DNA of 64,000 nucleotides, from contig CAWDDT010000013.1 in the NCBI GenBank assembly GCA_963801165.1, forward strand, positions 96,001 to 160,000. The letters are read 5' to 3'. Shown one piece after another: positions 19,588 through 28,469 of this stretch. The first letter of the stretch is position 1, and each line of letters opens with the position of its first letter. This DNA is from an uncultured bacterium. GTDB taxonomy: Bacteria > Actinomycetota > Acidimicrobiia > Spongiisociales > UBA5794. The translations under genes were made by a program, and so were the position numbers. A model generated the notes under the pieces. That model was not told the origin of the DNA. It searched no databases and saw only the letters and a list, made by a program, of their open reading frames with translations.

Positions 19588-20385
19588 CTAGTTGCGGCTG
19601 GCCTCGAACTCGTCGAAATAGACGGTCAGCTGGTCGAGAGCTTCCTGTGTAAGTATGGGTGTCGCCACTTCGTCTTCCGTGATCCGGAATACGGTGAGAA
19701 ACTTACCGGGATGCGTGGAGTCGAGCCACATGGCGAAGGGCGTCCAGACGTTGGGGGAGTACTCCTCGAAAGGGAAATCGTGGATCAGGTCGACGATCTG
19801 GCCACCGCTGATCTGGAACCGGAACGCGCCGCGAACCGGTGGGTACCCGACGATCTGCGACAGCTTCGTATCGAGTTCATAGTCGCAGACGACCTCAGAT
19901 ACCGTTCCCGGTCGAGTTTCGGTACATTCGTAGTCAAAGGTCGCCTCCAACCGTCTCAGGTAGTCGAAGCTGGGCGCCACTTCGTCGAGGCTGTCGACGA
20001 TCGGGACATCACTCATGGTCACCGTTGGGCTTAGAAGCGCCAGCGCCGCATCGGCGTCGTAGTCGTTTCTGGCGTCCATATACGCGGCGGCAATCCTTTC
20101 CGGAGCTGCGCCCAGCGTCGTCTCGTTCGAACTCAACACCGCCCAGGTGCCGACACCTGCGATCAGCGCGATTGCGGCGACCATGGCGGCGACCATGAAT
20201 GCCCGCCGACTGTCGGTTCCCCGTGTCGGTTGTGTTGCAGTCTCTTTGGATGTCGTGCTTTCTGTGGTGGCCATAGCCCCCCCTCGTATCTCCAAATCAG
20301 TGAGTGCCAGCGGCGAGTCGAGCCCATCCGGGTCCGGAACCGGGTTCATCTCCATTAAGAGTTGGAACACTCTCTCGTCGTTCAT
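19588..20385 (-). CDS. Putative anti-sigma/membrane protein with extracytoplasmic SnoaL/NTF2-like domain
   Basis: Overlaps the ECF sigma stop by 1 nt; short cytoplasmic N-terminus, single TM, AAAYMDARNDYDADAALALL...FQISGGQIV. Confidence 0.55.
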   Translation of the reverse strand: MNDERVFQLLMEMNPVPDPDGLDSPLALTDLEIRGGAMATTESTTSKETATQPTRGTDSRRAFMVAAMVAAIALIAGVGTWAVLSSNETTLGAAPERIAAAYMDARNDYDADAALALLSPTVTMSDVPIVDSLDEVAPSFDYLRRLEATFDYECTETRPGTVSEVVCDYELDTKLSQIVGYPPVRGAFRFQISGGQIVDLIHDFPFEEYSPNVWTPFAMWLDSTHPGKFLTVFRITEDEVATPILTQEALDQLTVYFDEFEASRN

Positions 20386-20924
20386 TACCTCTCGCTTCCA
20401 TCCGCACGTGTTCCGAGCGAACTCTCTTGCAGGGCTCGGAACTTGCGCCCGAGTCGCTGCTTAGCCCGATGGAGCCGCTGTGCCGCGGCTTCGGTCGAGC
20501 ATCCCAACACGACAGCAATGGCCTCGTTGGAGAGTTCCTCCCAAGCGGACAACAGCAGCACCTCGCGGTCGCTGTCGCGAATGCCGACAAGCGCCTCGTG
20601 TAGCTGTAGATACTCCGCACGCTGGATGAGTTGCCACTCAGGCTGAGGGACGATCGGCGGCCGAACGCCAGATAAGCGCTCGGCAAGCCGTTGCCGCCGC
20701 TTTACCGACCGGTAGTGGTCAGAGACAACCCGGCGGGCCACGGCGTAGAGCCACGGCAGCGCCTTGTCGTCGGCCGGCATGTCTTCTATCCGACGCCAGG
20801 CAACGGCAAAAACAGCAGCTACCGCATCAGCGGCGTCGTCTCCGATACGGCGGAGACAATACGCACGTACTGCACGATTGTGCTTCTGGTATAGCCGGGT
20901 GAGGCGAGCATCCTGGGAAGACAT
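20385..20924 (-). CDS. ECF RNA polymerase sigma factor
   Basis: DAADAVAAVFAVAWRR, LPWLYAVARR, DREVLLLSAWEELSNEAIAVVLG...RLHRAKQRL; start placed at ATG 20924. Confidence 0.88.
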   Translation of the reverse strand: MSSQDARLTRLYQKHNRAVRAYCLRRIGDDAADAVAAVFAVAWRRIEDMPADDKALPWLYAVARRVVSDHYRSVKRRQRLAERLSGVRPPIVPQPEWQLIQRAEYLQLHEALVGIRDSDREVLLLSAWEELSNEAIAVVLGCSTEAAAQRLHRAKQRLGRKFRALQESSLGTRADGSER

Positions 20925-21344
20925 TCCTCGATCCATTCTTGCCATGTCGCAACGTATATGGCCGGCTGAATCGATTCTTGACAGAAAGACCGGGTTGATC
21001 GCTTCGCCGTTCGCCCCCTTTCGAGCTCCGTACTGCTGTTGCCGCCAACCGGATCGGTAGTGGCGGGTCCCGACGCCCGTTCGGCATTGGGGAAGGGCCT
21101 TGACGCCGCGGTGCAAGACCTTGCCGCCGACATCGGTCCGAATGCAGAGATCGTGGCTCTGATTGGCTACCGGCACCGTGAGTGTTTAGCCCAGGACGGC
21201 CGCCCAGATCACTCACCACCCGGAGCGATATCGCGCACGCCTACGCGAGAGATATCCGGCATCTCCCACTAATCCCGTTATCTAGGAACGACGCTGCGTG
21301 GCCAGGTGGGTAGGGCGTGCAGTGCTTGTACTAAGGTCCGGACC

Positions 21345-21500
21345 CTCATCGCCGCCGGAGAAGACCCATACGTAATCTCCGGACGCCTTGGCCACGCCTC
21401 GATCCGCACCACCCCTGACGTCTACGGACACCTCTTCGAGGGCCGCGACCAGGAAGCCTCAGCTGCTCTTGAAGCCGCAAGGGCTCGATCTCTCGCGGAC
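21345..21500 (+). pseudogene. Tyrosine integrase C-terminal remnant
   Basis: LIAAGEDPYVISGRLGHASIRTTPDVYGHLF contains the LGH and catalytic Tyr box; upstream R and HxxR region is missing. Confidence 0.75.
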
Positions 21501-22022
21501 TCTGAGAAAACCGCGGTCAATGTCGCTCGAGCTATAAAACGAGAAGATCCCCCGCAAACACGGGGGATCTGGATGGCGGACCTCACAGGACACTATTTGA
21601 ACTTCTTGGACTCCATCCTGGGCCGAAGAACCGAGGAACTACAACGGAAAACGGCTGAGCTCGAGAAACTCTTACGTCGCACAATGTGATCCGAACCGAG
21701 CCTTCCCCTGTTCACCTGCTCTTACGGAACAAGGAAGCGACATATGCACGCAACCTGCCCACTGGTCCACGTTTCACCATCTCCCCTTCAATAGCCTCCG
21801 TTGTCTCAGCCGTGATTCGGAAGTGACGTTCCTTCGTCGCTCGGTCCCGACGACGACCAGCTTCGACCCGGCCGGCCACGTTGACCTCGTCCGCGTATGA
21901 TGGTGCAATAGGAGGAGCGGTAAGAAACTCGCCCTCCGATATACCACACCCCCGGTGGACCGCACCCATCTCGAGGAGAACGGACTCAATGGCCTGACCG
22001 TCGAAGAGAAGGAGATACCGAG

Positions 22023-22739
22023 GTGACTACTGCATCGAAGAGCGCGCCTAGGACTATCAGCACGATCTTGTTCATCGTCGCAGCTGGCCTGTTGGCGGCC
22101 ACGGTCGCCCTAGGTTGGCTGTACGGGACCCACAGAAGCCCCGATGGCTATGTCTCCAGCCAAGACGCAACCATGTCGTCCGACGGCTACGCCATCGCTT
22201 CGGCCGACATCGACTTAGGAGCACTCCCCGACAAGTGGATTCCCACCAGCCTCCTGGGGACATTCCGTGTCGAAGCCGAGTCGGACGGAGGGACACCCAT
22301 CTTCATCGGCGTCGGCCCCGTCGAGGAGGTCGCCGCATACCTGGCGGATGTCGAGTACACAGAAGTGACCAGATTCGGGAGCTCAGGGCAGTTCTCGCAT
22401 ATCGAACACGCCGGCTCCGCGACTCCCCAACCACCTGCAAGCCTCGGCTTATGGACGGTCAGCACACAGGGAGAAGGCCTCCAGACGCTGGACTGGGACC
22501 CTGAATCGGGAGCATGGACGCTGGTGATCATGAACTCCGATGGTGCCTCCGGCGTCCAGATCTCAACGTCGGTGGGTGTTAACACCCCGTGGATCATGAT
22601 TGGACTGGTGATCCTCGGGCTGATGACCCTCCTGACTGCCATTGGCGCCGTGATCCTCGCTGGGGTCGCTTCGAGACGCCCGGCCCCAGCCGGCGCAACC
22701 GAGTCGACATCGACCCAACCACCACCATTACCGCACTGA
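22023..22739 (+). CDS. Hypothetical protein with N- and C-terminal TM helices
   Basis: AAGGAG RBS; PIFIGVGP...VAAYL and WDPESGAWTLVIMNSDG segments; TM at both ends. Confidence 0.7.
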   Translation: MTTASKSAPRTISTILFIVAAGLLAATVALGWLYGTHRSPDGYVSSQDATMSSDGYAIASADIDLGALPDKWIPTSLLGTFRVEAESDGGTPIFIGVGPVEEVAAYLADVEYTEVTRFGSSGQFSHIEHAGSATPQPPASLGLWTVSTQGEGLQTLDWDPESGAWTLVIMNSDGASGVQISTSVGVNTPWIMIGLVILGLMTLLTAIGAVILAGVASRRPAPAGATESTSTQPPPLPH

Positions 22740-22810
22740 GCTCACACGCTGTCGACAGAGAGAGTCTTCACTACCCTTTCACGGGAGCCGAACATCGAAG
22801 GAGGATTGTC

Positions 22811-23446
22811 ATGTCGGATTCACCACTCGCTCGGTTTGCAGCGCCCATCGCCATCGTCGGCGGCGCTCTGGTCGTCGTCACGCGACTGGTTAGCCTGACC
22901 ATCCCGGCCGGGGAGCTTGCACTTCTGAAGGCGTACGTCCTGACTGCTACGCATGCAATCAATAGTGTTGCATCGATCGTGGCCTTCGCGCTGCTAGCCC
23001 TTGCCCTCGTCGCGGCGTATGACCGCGAAGCGCGCCCTGCCGGCACGCTGGGCGTCGTCGCTTTCGGAGCGGCAATCGTCGGCACGGTGTTCATGGCCGG
23101 GGACTGGTGGTTCGAGGCGTTCGCCGTACCACGGATGGCGGAGGTCGCTCCTCAGGTGATGGACACCTGGGTCGGCGGCCGGCTGCTCATGGGTGGCCTA
23201 TTGAGCTTCGCGCTCTTCGGGTTGGGTTGGGCCTTCTTCGGCATCGCCAGCCTGCGTGCTCGCGTCTTCCCAGCCGCCATCTCGATTGCGATCATTGCTG
23301 GCGGCCTCCTGTCTGGCGTTCCAATCGGCATCGCCTACCTGATCGGCGGCGCAATCCTTGGTTTGGCCATGGTGTGGCTAGGCGCGTGGATGGGACGGAC
23401 TACCGCGGCCGCCACCGCGGCTGGCAAGGAGGTCGAGGCCCGATGA
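22811..23446 (+). CDS. Hypothetical multi-pass membrane protein
   Basis: AAGGAGG RBS before ATG 22811; about 6 TM helices; AGDWWFEAFAVP. Confidence 0.7.
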   Translation: MSDSPLARFAAPIAIVGGALVVVTRLVSLTIPAGELALLKAYVLTATHAINSVASIVAFALLALALVAAYDREARPAGTLGVVAFGAAIVGTVFMAGDWWFEAFAVPRMAEVAPQVMDTWVGGRLLMGGLLSFALFGLGWAFFGIASLRARVFPAAISIAIIAGGLLSGVPIGIAYLIGGAILGLAMVWLGAWMGRTTAAATAAGKEVEAR

Positions 23447-23534
23447 ACGCGGGATCCTCCCTCTGCTGAACGTGGCCTTCACCGGCAGGACCTGTGGCTC
23501 AACGACGAGGCGAGACAGAAGCTGGCCAGGCCCT

Positions 23535-23561
23535 TGGTGGAGCTGACGGGACTCGAACCCC
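23535..23561 (-). repeat. att-like partial copy of the tRNA-Ala 3' end
   Basis: tggtggagctgacgggactcgaacccc versus tRNA tggtggagctgaggggatttgaacccc (23900-23926): 24/27 identical. Confidence 0.8.
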
Positions 23562-23899
23562 CGGAAGGGACTGTTTTCGCGGTCAATAGGGAGGCTGGAA
23601 ACCATTTGCCGCGGCCTCATCGTGTAGAAGACGAGTCTCCGGTGACTCGGTTGTGATGGACCCGACACCGGCCTGGACGTGTCTTGGACGGTCGAATCTC
23701 GGCACCCAACTGGCGGTGGCACCCGAGCAGCAGCGAGGCTCAGAACGAGCATCGCACGGGCGAAGAAGCGCGAAGCACCCCGCTCAGAATGAGGTGCTTC
23801 GAGCCGGCCCGTTGTGGACCGCCTGTGGAGCGTGAGGCCTCAGGATCGCGCATCGCGCGAACAGGAGAGCGAACCAGAAATCGCCCTGACTAGGGCAAA

Positions 23900-23976
23900 T
23901 GGTGGAGCTGAGGGGATTTGAACCCCTGACTTCCTGCATGCCATGCAGGCGCTCTGCCGAGCTGAGCTACAGCCCC
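23900..23976 (-). tRNA. tRNA-Ala(GGC)
   Basis: GGGGCTGTAGCTCAG...CCTGC-AT GGC AT-GCAGG...GGTTCAAATCC...AGCTCCACCA; G3:U70 pair; CCA encoded. Confidence 0.97.
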
Positions 23977-23997
23977 GGGAAACGGGTTGTGATTGTA

Positions 23998-24402
23998 TCA
24001 GGCTTCCGATGGTGTCGGTTCGAACTCGATGACAGGTGCATCGGCCCAGAGCCGCTCCAGCCGGTAGTAATCCCGCGTCTCCTGATCGAATATGTGAACG
24101 ACCATGTCGCCGTAGTCGAGAAGGATCCACGTCGAATATTCCCGGCCCTCACGACGAAGCGGTTTACGCCCGAGCCGTTCGGCGAGCTGCGCTTCGGCCT
24201 CGTCCGAAAGGGTACGCGCGTGACGGCTCGAGGTTCCGGACGCGATGACAAACACGTCGGTGACGACGAGCAACTCGGAAACGTCCAGAAGCACGATATC
24301 GAGGCCCTTTTTGTCATCGATCGCGGCGGCAGCCGCCAGGGCTGCTTCGATGGCTTCGCTTGTGGCGCTAATTGCTCGGGCCCTTCGATAGTGAGCCCTC
24401 AA
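23998..24402 (-). CDS. rsfS: Ribosome silencing factor RsfS (start uncertain)
   Basis: DDKKGLDIVLLDV, WILLDYGDMVVHIF, RDYYRLERLWADAP. Confidence 0.93.
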   Translation of the reverse strand: MRAHYRRARAISATSEAIEAALAAAAAIDDKKGLDIVLLDVSELLVVTDVFVIASGTSSRHARTLSDEAEAQLAERLGRKPLRREGREYSTWILLDYGDMVVHIFDQETRDYYRLERLWADAPVIEFEPTPSEA

Positions 24403-24423
24403 TAATAGAGCCCTCGGTTGCGA

Positions 24424-24999
24424 TCAGCGGGCGTAGATCTGGTTGTCCTCAACGTACCGCCACACCGCTTCTCGCACAAGGAATCGGATGCTCCGTCCGG
24501 CGGCGGCTTGTCTACGCAGCATCGTGCCGCTGAGCCGCACGTCGGGTGTGTCCAGCCACACGAAGCTGCGCCCTCTCAGCACACCATCCACCTCGACCCG
24601 CTCGATACCGGGCCGCGGAATGACGACGACAGTCGCGCGATCCAGAATCGCATCCGCCTCGTGCCACGTTGGGATACCTCGAGCGGCGTCGGCGCCAACG
24701 ATGAGATACAGCTCCTCCTCCTCGGGGAAGCTCCGCAGGGTGTCGACCGTGTAGGTCCATCCGTCCCGTCTCACCTCGCGGTCATCGGCCTCGAAATACG
24801 GAACCCCCTCGAGGGCGAGCACGGTCATGTTCCAGCGGTCCTCCGGCTTGCTCACGGGCTGCCCGGCCTTCTGCCACGGCGATCCCGCAGGCAGGAACGT
24901 CACAATGTCGAGCTGGAGATCACGGTAGGCAGCCTCACCGGCAAAAAGGTGCGCAAAATGAGGAGGGTCGAATGTACCGCCGAGAATGCCGCGTCGCAC
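24424..24999 (-). CDS. nadD: Nicotinate-nucleotide adenylyltransferase
   Basis: GILGGTFDPPHFAH, YTVDTL, IVGADA. Confidence 0.95.
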   Translation of the reverse strand: MRRGILGGTFDPPHFAHLFAGEAAYRDLQLDIVTFLPAGSPWQKAGQPVSKPEDRWNMTVLALEGVPYFEADDREVRRDGWTYTVDTLRSFPEEEELYLIVGADAARGIPTWHEADAILDRATVVVIPRPGIERVEVDGVLRGRSFVWLDTPDVRLSGTMLRRQAAAGRSIRFLVREAVWRYVEDNQIYAR

Positions 25000-25015
25000 C
25001 GCCGCAGCTTAAACC

Positions 25016-25483
25016 TCAAGGAAGCGGAACGAGGGTCAGCGCCGGTTGCGGAGAAGTGAGACACACCAGCCAGTTCGCCGGGTCCTGGTAGACGTCGCCG
25101 ACCCGCACCGAGAAATGAACGGCTGCGATGTCGTGATCGGTGCCGCTCCTGCCTATTGGCGAACCGGTGGCTACCCACTGCCCACGGGTGACGTCGATCT
25201 CGCTCAGATACGAATAGGACGTTCGCAGCCCGCCCCCATGGTCGACAGTCACCGACAGGACCCCGGCAACTTCGCCGGCAAAGGTCACCCGCCCGGCGTC
25301 GGCAGCGCGCACCCCGGTACCGGGCTCAACGGAGAAGTCGACGCCCCAGTGACCTCCGAAGGTCCCCACCGGCGCAAAAGCACGGACGATCTCGCCGGCC
25401 ACAGGCGCCGACAGACCAGGGCAGCCGGCAGAGCCCGGCGGGTATGGGGACAAAAGAGCAAGTGCGATCAGGAAAGGAACCAT
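25016..25483 (-). CDS. Small secreted M23-family peptidase
   Basis: GHWGVDF, VRAADAGRVTFAG, VHFSVR; signal peptide. Confidence 0.8.
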   Translation of the reverse strand: MVPFLIALALLSPYPPGSAGCPGLSAPVAGEIVRAFAPVGTFGGHWGVDFSVEPGTGVRAADAGRVTFAGEVAGVLSVTVDHGGGLRTSYSYLSEIDVTRGQWVATGSPIGRSGTDHDIAAVHFSVRVGDVYQDPANWLVCLTSPQPALTLVPLP

Positions 25484-25559
25484 TGTCGAGCCACCAACCG
25501 CATTCTCACCATACGAGATGGATAACCGTCACGGAAGGGGGCCCACTGCGACCCGATGC

Positions 25560-25955
25560 TCAGCCGTTGTTGGCGGCTTCACCGGCGGTGGCTGACAGCA
25601 TGGCGATTGCGGCTTCACGTAGCTCGTCGTTGCGGAACGGCTTGACGATGGCTCCGTCGGCTCCCCTGGTTCTCGCCTCGGCGTGCACGTCCTCGTAGCC
25701 GGAAAGGATGAGGACCTTCACGTTGGCGCCGCCCGGCGACGCCCGGAGCGCCTCGAGAACGTCCCATCCTGTCATGTCGGGTAGCCCGATATCTAACAGC
25801 ACGAGGTCGGGATCGAAAGAAGCGGCGACTTCGATCGCCTCGGCACCGCTGCTCGCCGCGGCAAATTCGAAACCTGCCGGCCGCAGACACATCTCGATCA
25901 GACGACGTAGCACATCCGAGTCGTCGACTATCAGCGCTCGCTGCGTTGACACCAC
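25560..25955 (-). CDS. Stand-alone response regulator receiver domain (CheY-like)
   Basis: LIVDDS, LLDIGLPDMTG, ILSG, IVKPF; no output domain. Confidence 0.9.
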   Translation of the reverse strand: MVSTQRALIVDDSDVLRRLIEMCLRPAGFEFAAASSGAEAIEVAASFDPDLVLLDIGLPDMTGWDVLEALRASPGGANVKVLILSGYEDVHAEARTRGADGAIVKPFRNDELREAAIAMLSATAGEAANNG

Positions 25956-25998
25956 TGCTCCCTCGTAACTAGTCAGGATGAATACCTTGCTAGGGGTT

Positions 25999-26025
25999 TA
26001 GTCGGCCGCGACGACCGTGAGTTAA
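25999..26025 (-). promoter_or_regulatory. Putative sigma28-type promoter TTAAC-N14-GCCGACTA
   Basis: Same core and spacing as the motif at 4976-5002; about 45 nt upstream of the receiver gene. Confidence 0.5.
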
Positions 26026-26064
26026 GCGATTGTGAATTACGCGATTGTGAGTTGAGCGATTGTG
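26013..26064. repeat. 15-bp period tandem repeat (~3.5 copies)
   Basis: gaccgtgagttaagc / gattgtgaattacgc / gattgtgagttgagc / gattgtg. Confidence 0.75.
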
Positions 26065-26079
26065 CGCGCTTTTCGCGAC

Positions 26080-27579
26080 CTACCGATGAAGGTCCGGGTC
26101 GGCCTGTCTGGCCCTGGAGCGCACCGTGTAAACCGAATCGCCGCTGAGTACCCCTGCCCGGCCAAACAGCCGGCCCCACTGCCAGTTGGACAGACCCAGC
26201 TCGGGACGGTCGAGGGCGTACTGGCCGTCGATCCACCTGGTGAACCCGTCACCGACAAACGGCGAGTCGATCATCGCAAAGAACGCAGCCTGCGCCTCGG
26301 CGTCTTCCGCCACCAGGCTTGCACCGAAGCGGGGACTCTGCCCGTTGAACAGCCGAACCGCGGTCTCCTCATCCGGCACAACCGTGAGCGTCACCTCGGG
26401 GCTATCCTCCCACTCCCACTCGACGCCGAGACGATCGTCGGCAATGTCCTCAGTCTGCGGCTCCGCCACGTTGCCTTCCGCTCTGGTTATCTCGACAATG
26501 TCAAACCAGGCTTCGGGGACGAACGGGCGGGCAGACAGCGTTACATGCAGCTTCGAGTTCGTACCCAGATTGGCCCCCGCCTTGCTCAACGCGTCCAAGA
26601 ACACCGGCACTAGCTCGGACGCTCGGGAGGCGACGATGCAGCACGTGTTGAGCGTATTGCAGACCTTACGATCGAGCGAGTTCTCGACGACGGCGCCGAA
26701 CCGACCGGCAGCCGCGGTCTCACCGGCGACTATCCAGGCGCCACCCGTGCCGTGCAAGCTGACCGGAATGCCGGCCTGGCGCGCCACAGCACCCAGTTGG
26801 GCGACAGCCGCTCCCGAACCGCGGGCGACGGCGAGCGCAAGACGTGTGTCGGAGAACAGCGCCCACCCCGCGGCTCGCGCCGGGCTGTCCACGAGCGAGA
26901 CGATTCCGTCAGGAAGACCCGCGGCCGTTACGGCGGGAGCGAGGGCGTGCTCGACTATCGCCCGGGCCGTCCCGAGCGCATCCGAGCCGATCCGGAACAC
27001 GACCGCGTTACCGCTGCGCAGCACGCCGGTTGCGTCGGCGAAGACATTTGGGCGTCCCTCGAAGATGAACCCGACGATCCCGAGACCTGAGCGAACCAGA
27101 TCGACGCTCCACCCCTCATGCTCGATGGTCTCAGCGACACGATCGCGACTCGAGGCGGTGCTCGCCCACAGCCCCAACCCGGTAATCATGTCGGCACGCA
27201 TCTTCTCGGACAGCACGAGCCTGGTGACGGAACGACCACGCTCCCTGGCCGCCGCAACGTCACCCTCGTTGGCGGCCGCAATCGGGGCAAAGACCTCATC
27301 ATCTGCCAGACGGTCCGCAAACTCGCCGTAGAAACGCGTGATCTGGCCGTCGGTCACACCTCCAAAAGCGTGAAACGCGGCCTCCGCTGCGTCGATCGCC
27401 CGTGTCGCCGTTTCATGTGCCACTGCGGGCACGTGGAGCAGATCACCGGTGGCCTGCACCACGATGACGTGATCGCCGGGCTGAAAGGCGGCAGCGAGCT
27501 CGGGTGTCACGTAGGTGACGTGATCGCCGCCGTACAAAACGGCCATTCCTGGTTCGAGCTTGATCAATCGGTCCGTCAT
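26080..27579 (-). CDS. proA: Gamma-glutamyl phosphate reductase (divergent, N-terminally extended)
   Basis: LGIVGFIFEGRPNVFADA, LRSGNAVV, KVCNTLN, FTRWIDG; near proB. Confidence 0.8.
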   Translation of the reverse strand: MTDRLIKLEPGMAVLYGGDHVTYVTPELAAAFQPGDHVIVVQATGDLLHVPAVAHETATRAIDAAEAAFHAFGGVTDGQITRFYGEFADRLADDEVFAPIAAANEGDVAAARERGRSVTRLVLSEKMRADMITGLGLWASTASSRDRVAETIEHEGWSVDLVRSGLGIVGFIFEGRPNVFADATGVLRSGNAVVFRIGSDALGTARAIVEHALAPAVTAAGLPDGIVSLVDSPARAAGWALFSDTRLALAVARGSGAAVAQLGAVARQAGIPVSLHGTGGAWIVAGETAAAGRFGAVVENSLDRKVCNTLNTCCIVASRASELVPVFLDALSKAGANLGTNSKLHVTLSARPFVPEAWFDIVEITRAEGNVAEPQTEDIADDRLGVEWEWEDSPEVTLTVVPDEETAVRLFNGQSPRFGASLVAEDAEAQAAFFAMIDSPFVGDGFTRWIDGQYALDRPELGLSNWQWGRLFGRAGVLSGDSVYTVRSRARQADPDLHR

Positions 27580-27647
27580 GACGGCAACGGTAGCGGCTCG
27601 CCCTTGTGTCGTGAAGCAGAATGGTCGGGCGGGCTAGGCTCCCGCCG

Positions 27648-28445
27648 ATGCCACCAAGCGAGTTCTACACCCATGGCCACAGTACCGCGGTCACGGGTTC
27701 CCACGCCCGCCGGACAGTCGCCGATTCGGCGGCGTTTTTCGTCAACCGTCTCGAATCAGACTCGGTCTTGCTCGACTTCGGGTGCGGACCGGGGTCGATC
27801 ACCGTCGACCTGGCCGACCGGATAGGTCCTGATGGGACGGTGGTCGGCATCGACAACAACCGGGACGTCCTGGCCATTGCTTGCAACGACAGTGCGGCGC
27901 CGAACCTGTCATATGTTCAAGGATCCGTCTACTGCTTGCCGTTTTCGGACAATACTTTCGACCTTGCGTACGGCCATCAAGTGCTGCAACACCTCGCCGA
28001 CCCGGTCGCGGCCCTCAGCGAGGTTCGCCGTGTGCTCCGACCCGGGGGAACGGTCGCAGTGCGGGATGCCGACTACGGATCGATGACCCACCACCCCCAC
28101 TACCCCGAGCTCGACGAGTGGAAAGACCTGTACAGCCGCGTGGCACGTCGCAACGGCGGCGAGCCCGATGCCGGTCGGCGACTCCAGGAATGGGTGGACG
28201 CCGCGGGCTACGCCGATATCTGCTCACGTGCGTCTGCGTGGCATTACTCAACCCACGAACAGCGTGAGACCTGGGCGAGTTTGTGGGCGGAACGGATCCA
28301 GGTGCCACGGTTCGCCGACCGGGCGAAAGCACTCGATGACGACATCGACATCGCACGACTGGCAACCGCCTGGCTCAACTGGGCACATGAGCCCGACGGC
28401 TGGTTCGCCTTTCTTCATGGAGAGGTCACCGCCGTCAAGCCGTGA
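27648..28445 (+). CDS. Class I SAM-dependent methyltransferase (UbiE-like)
   Basis: YTHGH, LLDFGCGPGSIT, LPFSDNTFD, HQVLQHL, RVLRPGG. Confidence 0.9.
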   Translation: MPPSEFYTHGHSTAVTGSHARRTVADSAAFFVNRLESDSVLLDFGCGPGSITVDLADRIGPDGTVVGIDNNRDVLAIACNDSAAPNLSYVQGSVYCLPFSDNTFDLAYGHQVLQHLADPVAALSEVRRVLRPGGTVAVRDADYGSMTHHPHYPELDEWKDLYSRVARRNGGEPDAGRRLQEWVDAAGYADICSRASAWHYSTHEQRETWASLWAERIQVPRFADRAKALDDDIDIARLATAWLNWAHEPDGWFAFLHGEVTAVKP

Positions 28446-28469
28446 CGACACGACTATCGCCTCACCCGA

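Noticed and set aside
21306-21689. Active integrase or prophage
   Set aside because: Only the last catalytic box remains; there are no phage structural, replication or conjugation genes.
21712-21969. 85-aa ORF in the island
   Set aside because: No recognisable motif or family; it lies in decayed island DNA and cannot be supported as a gene.
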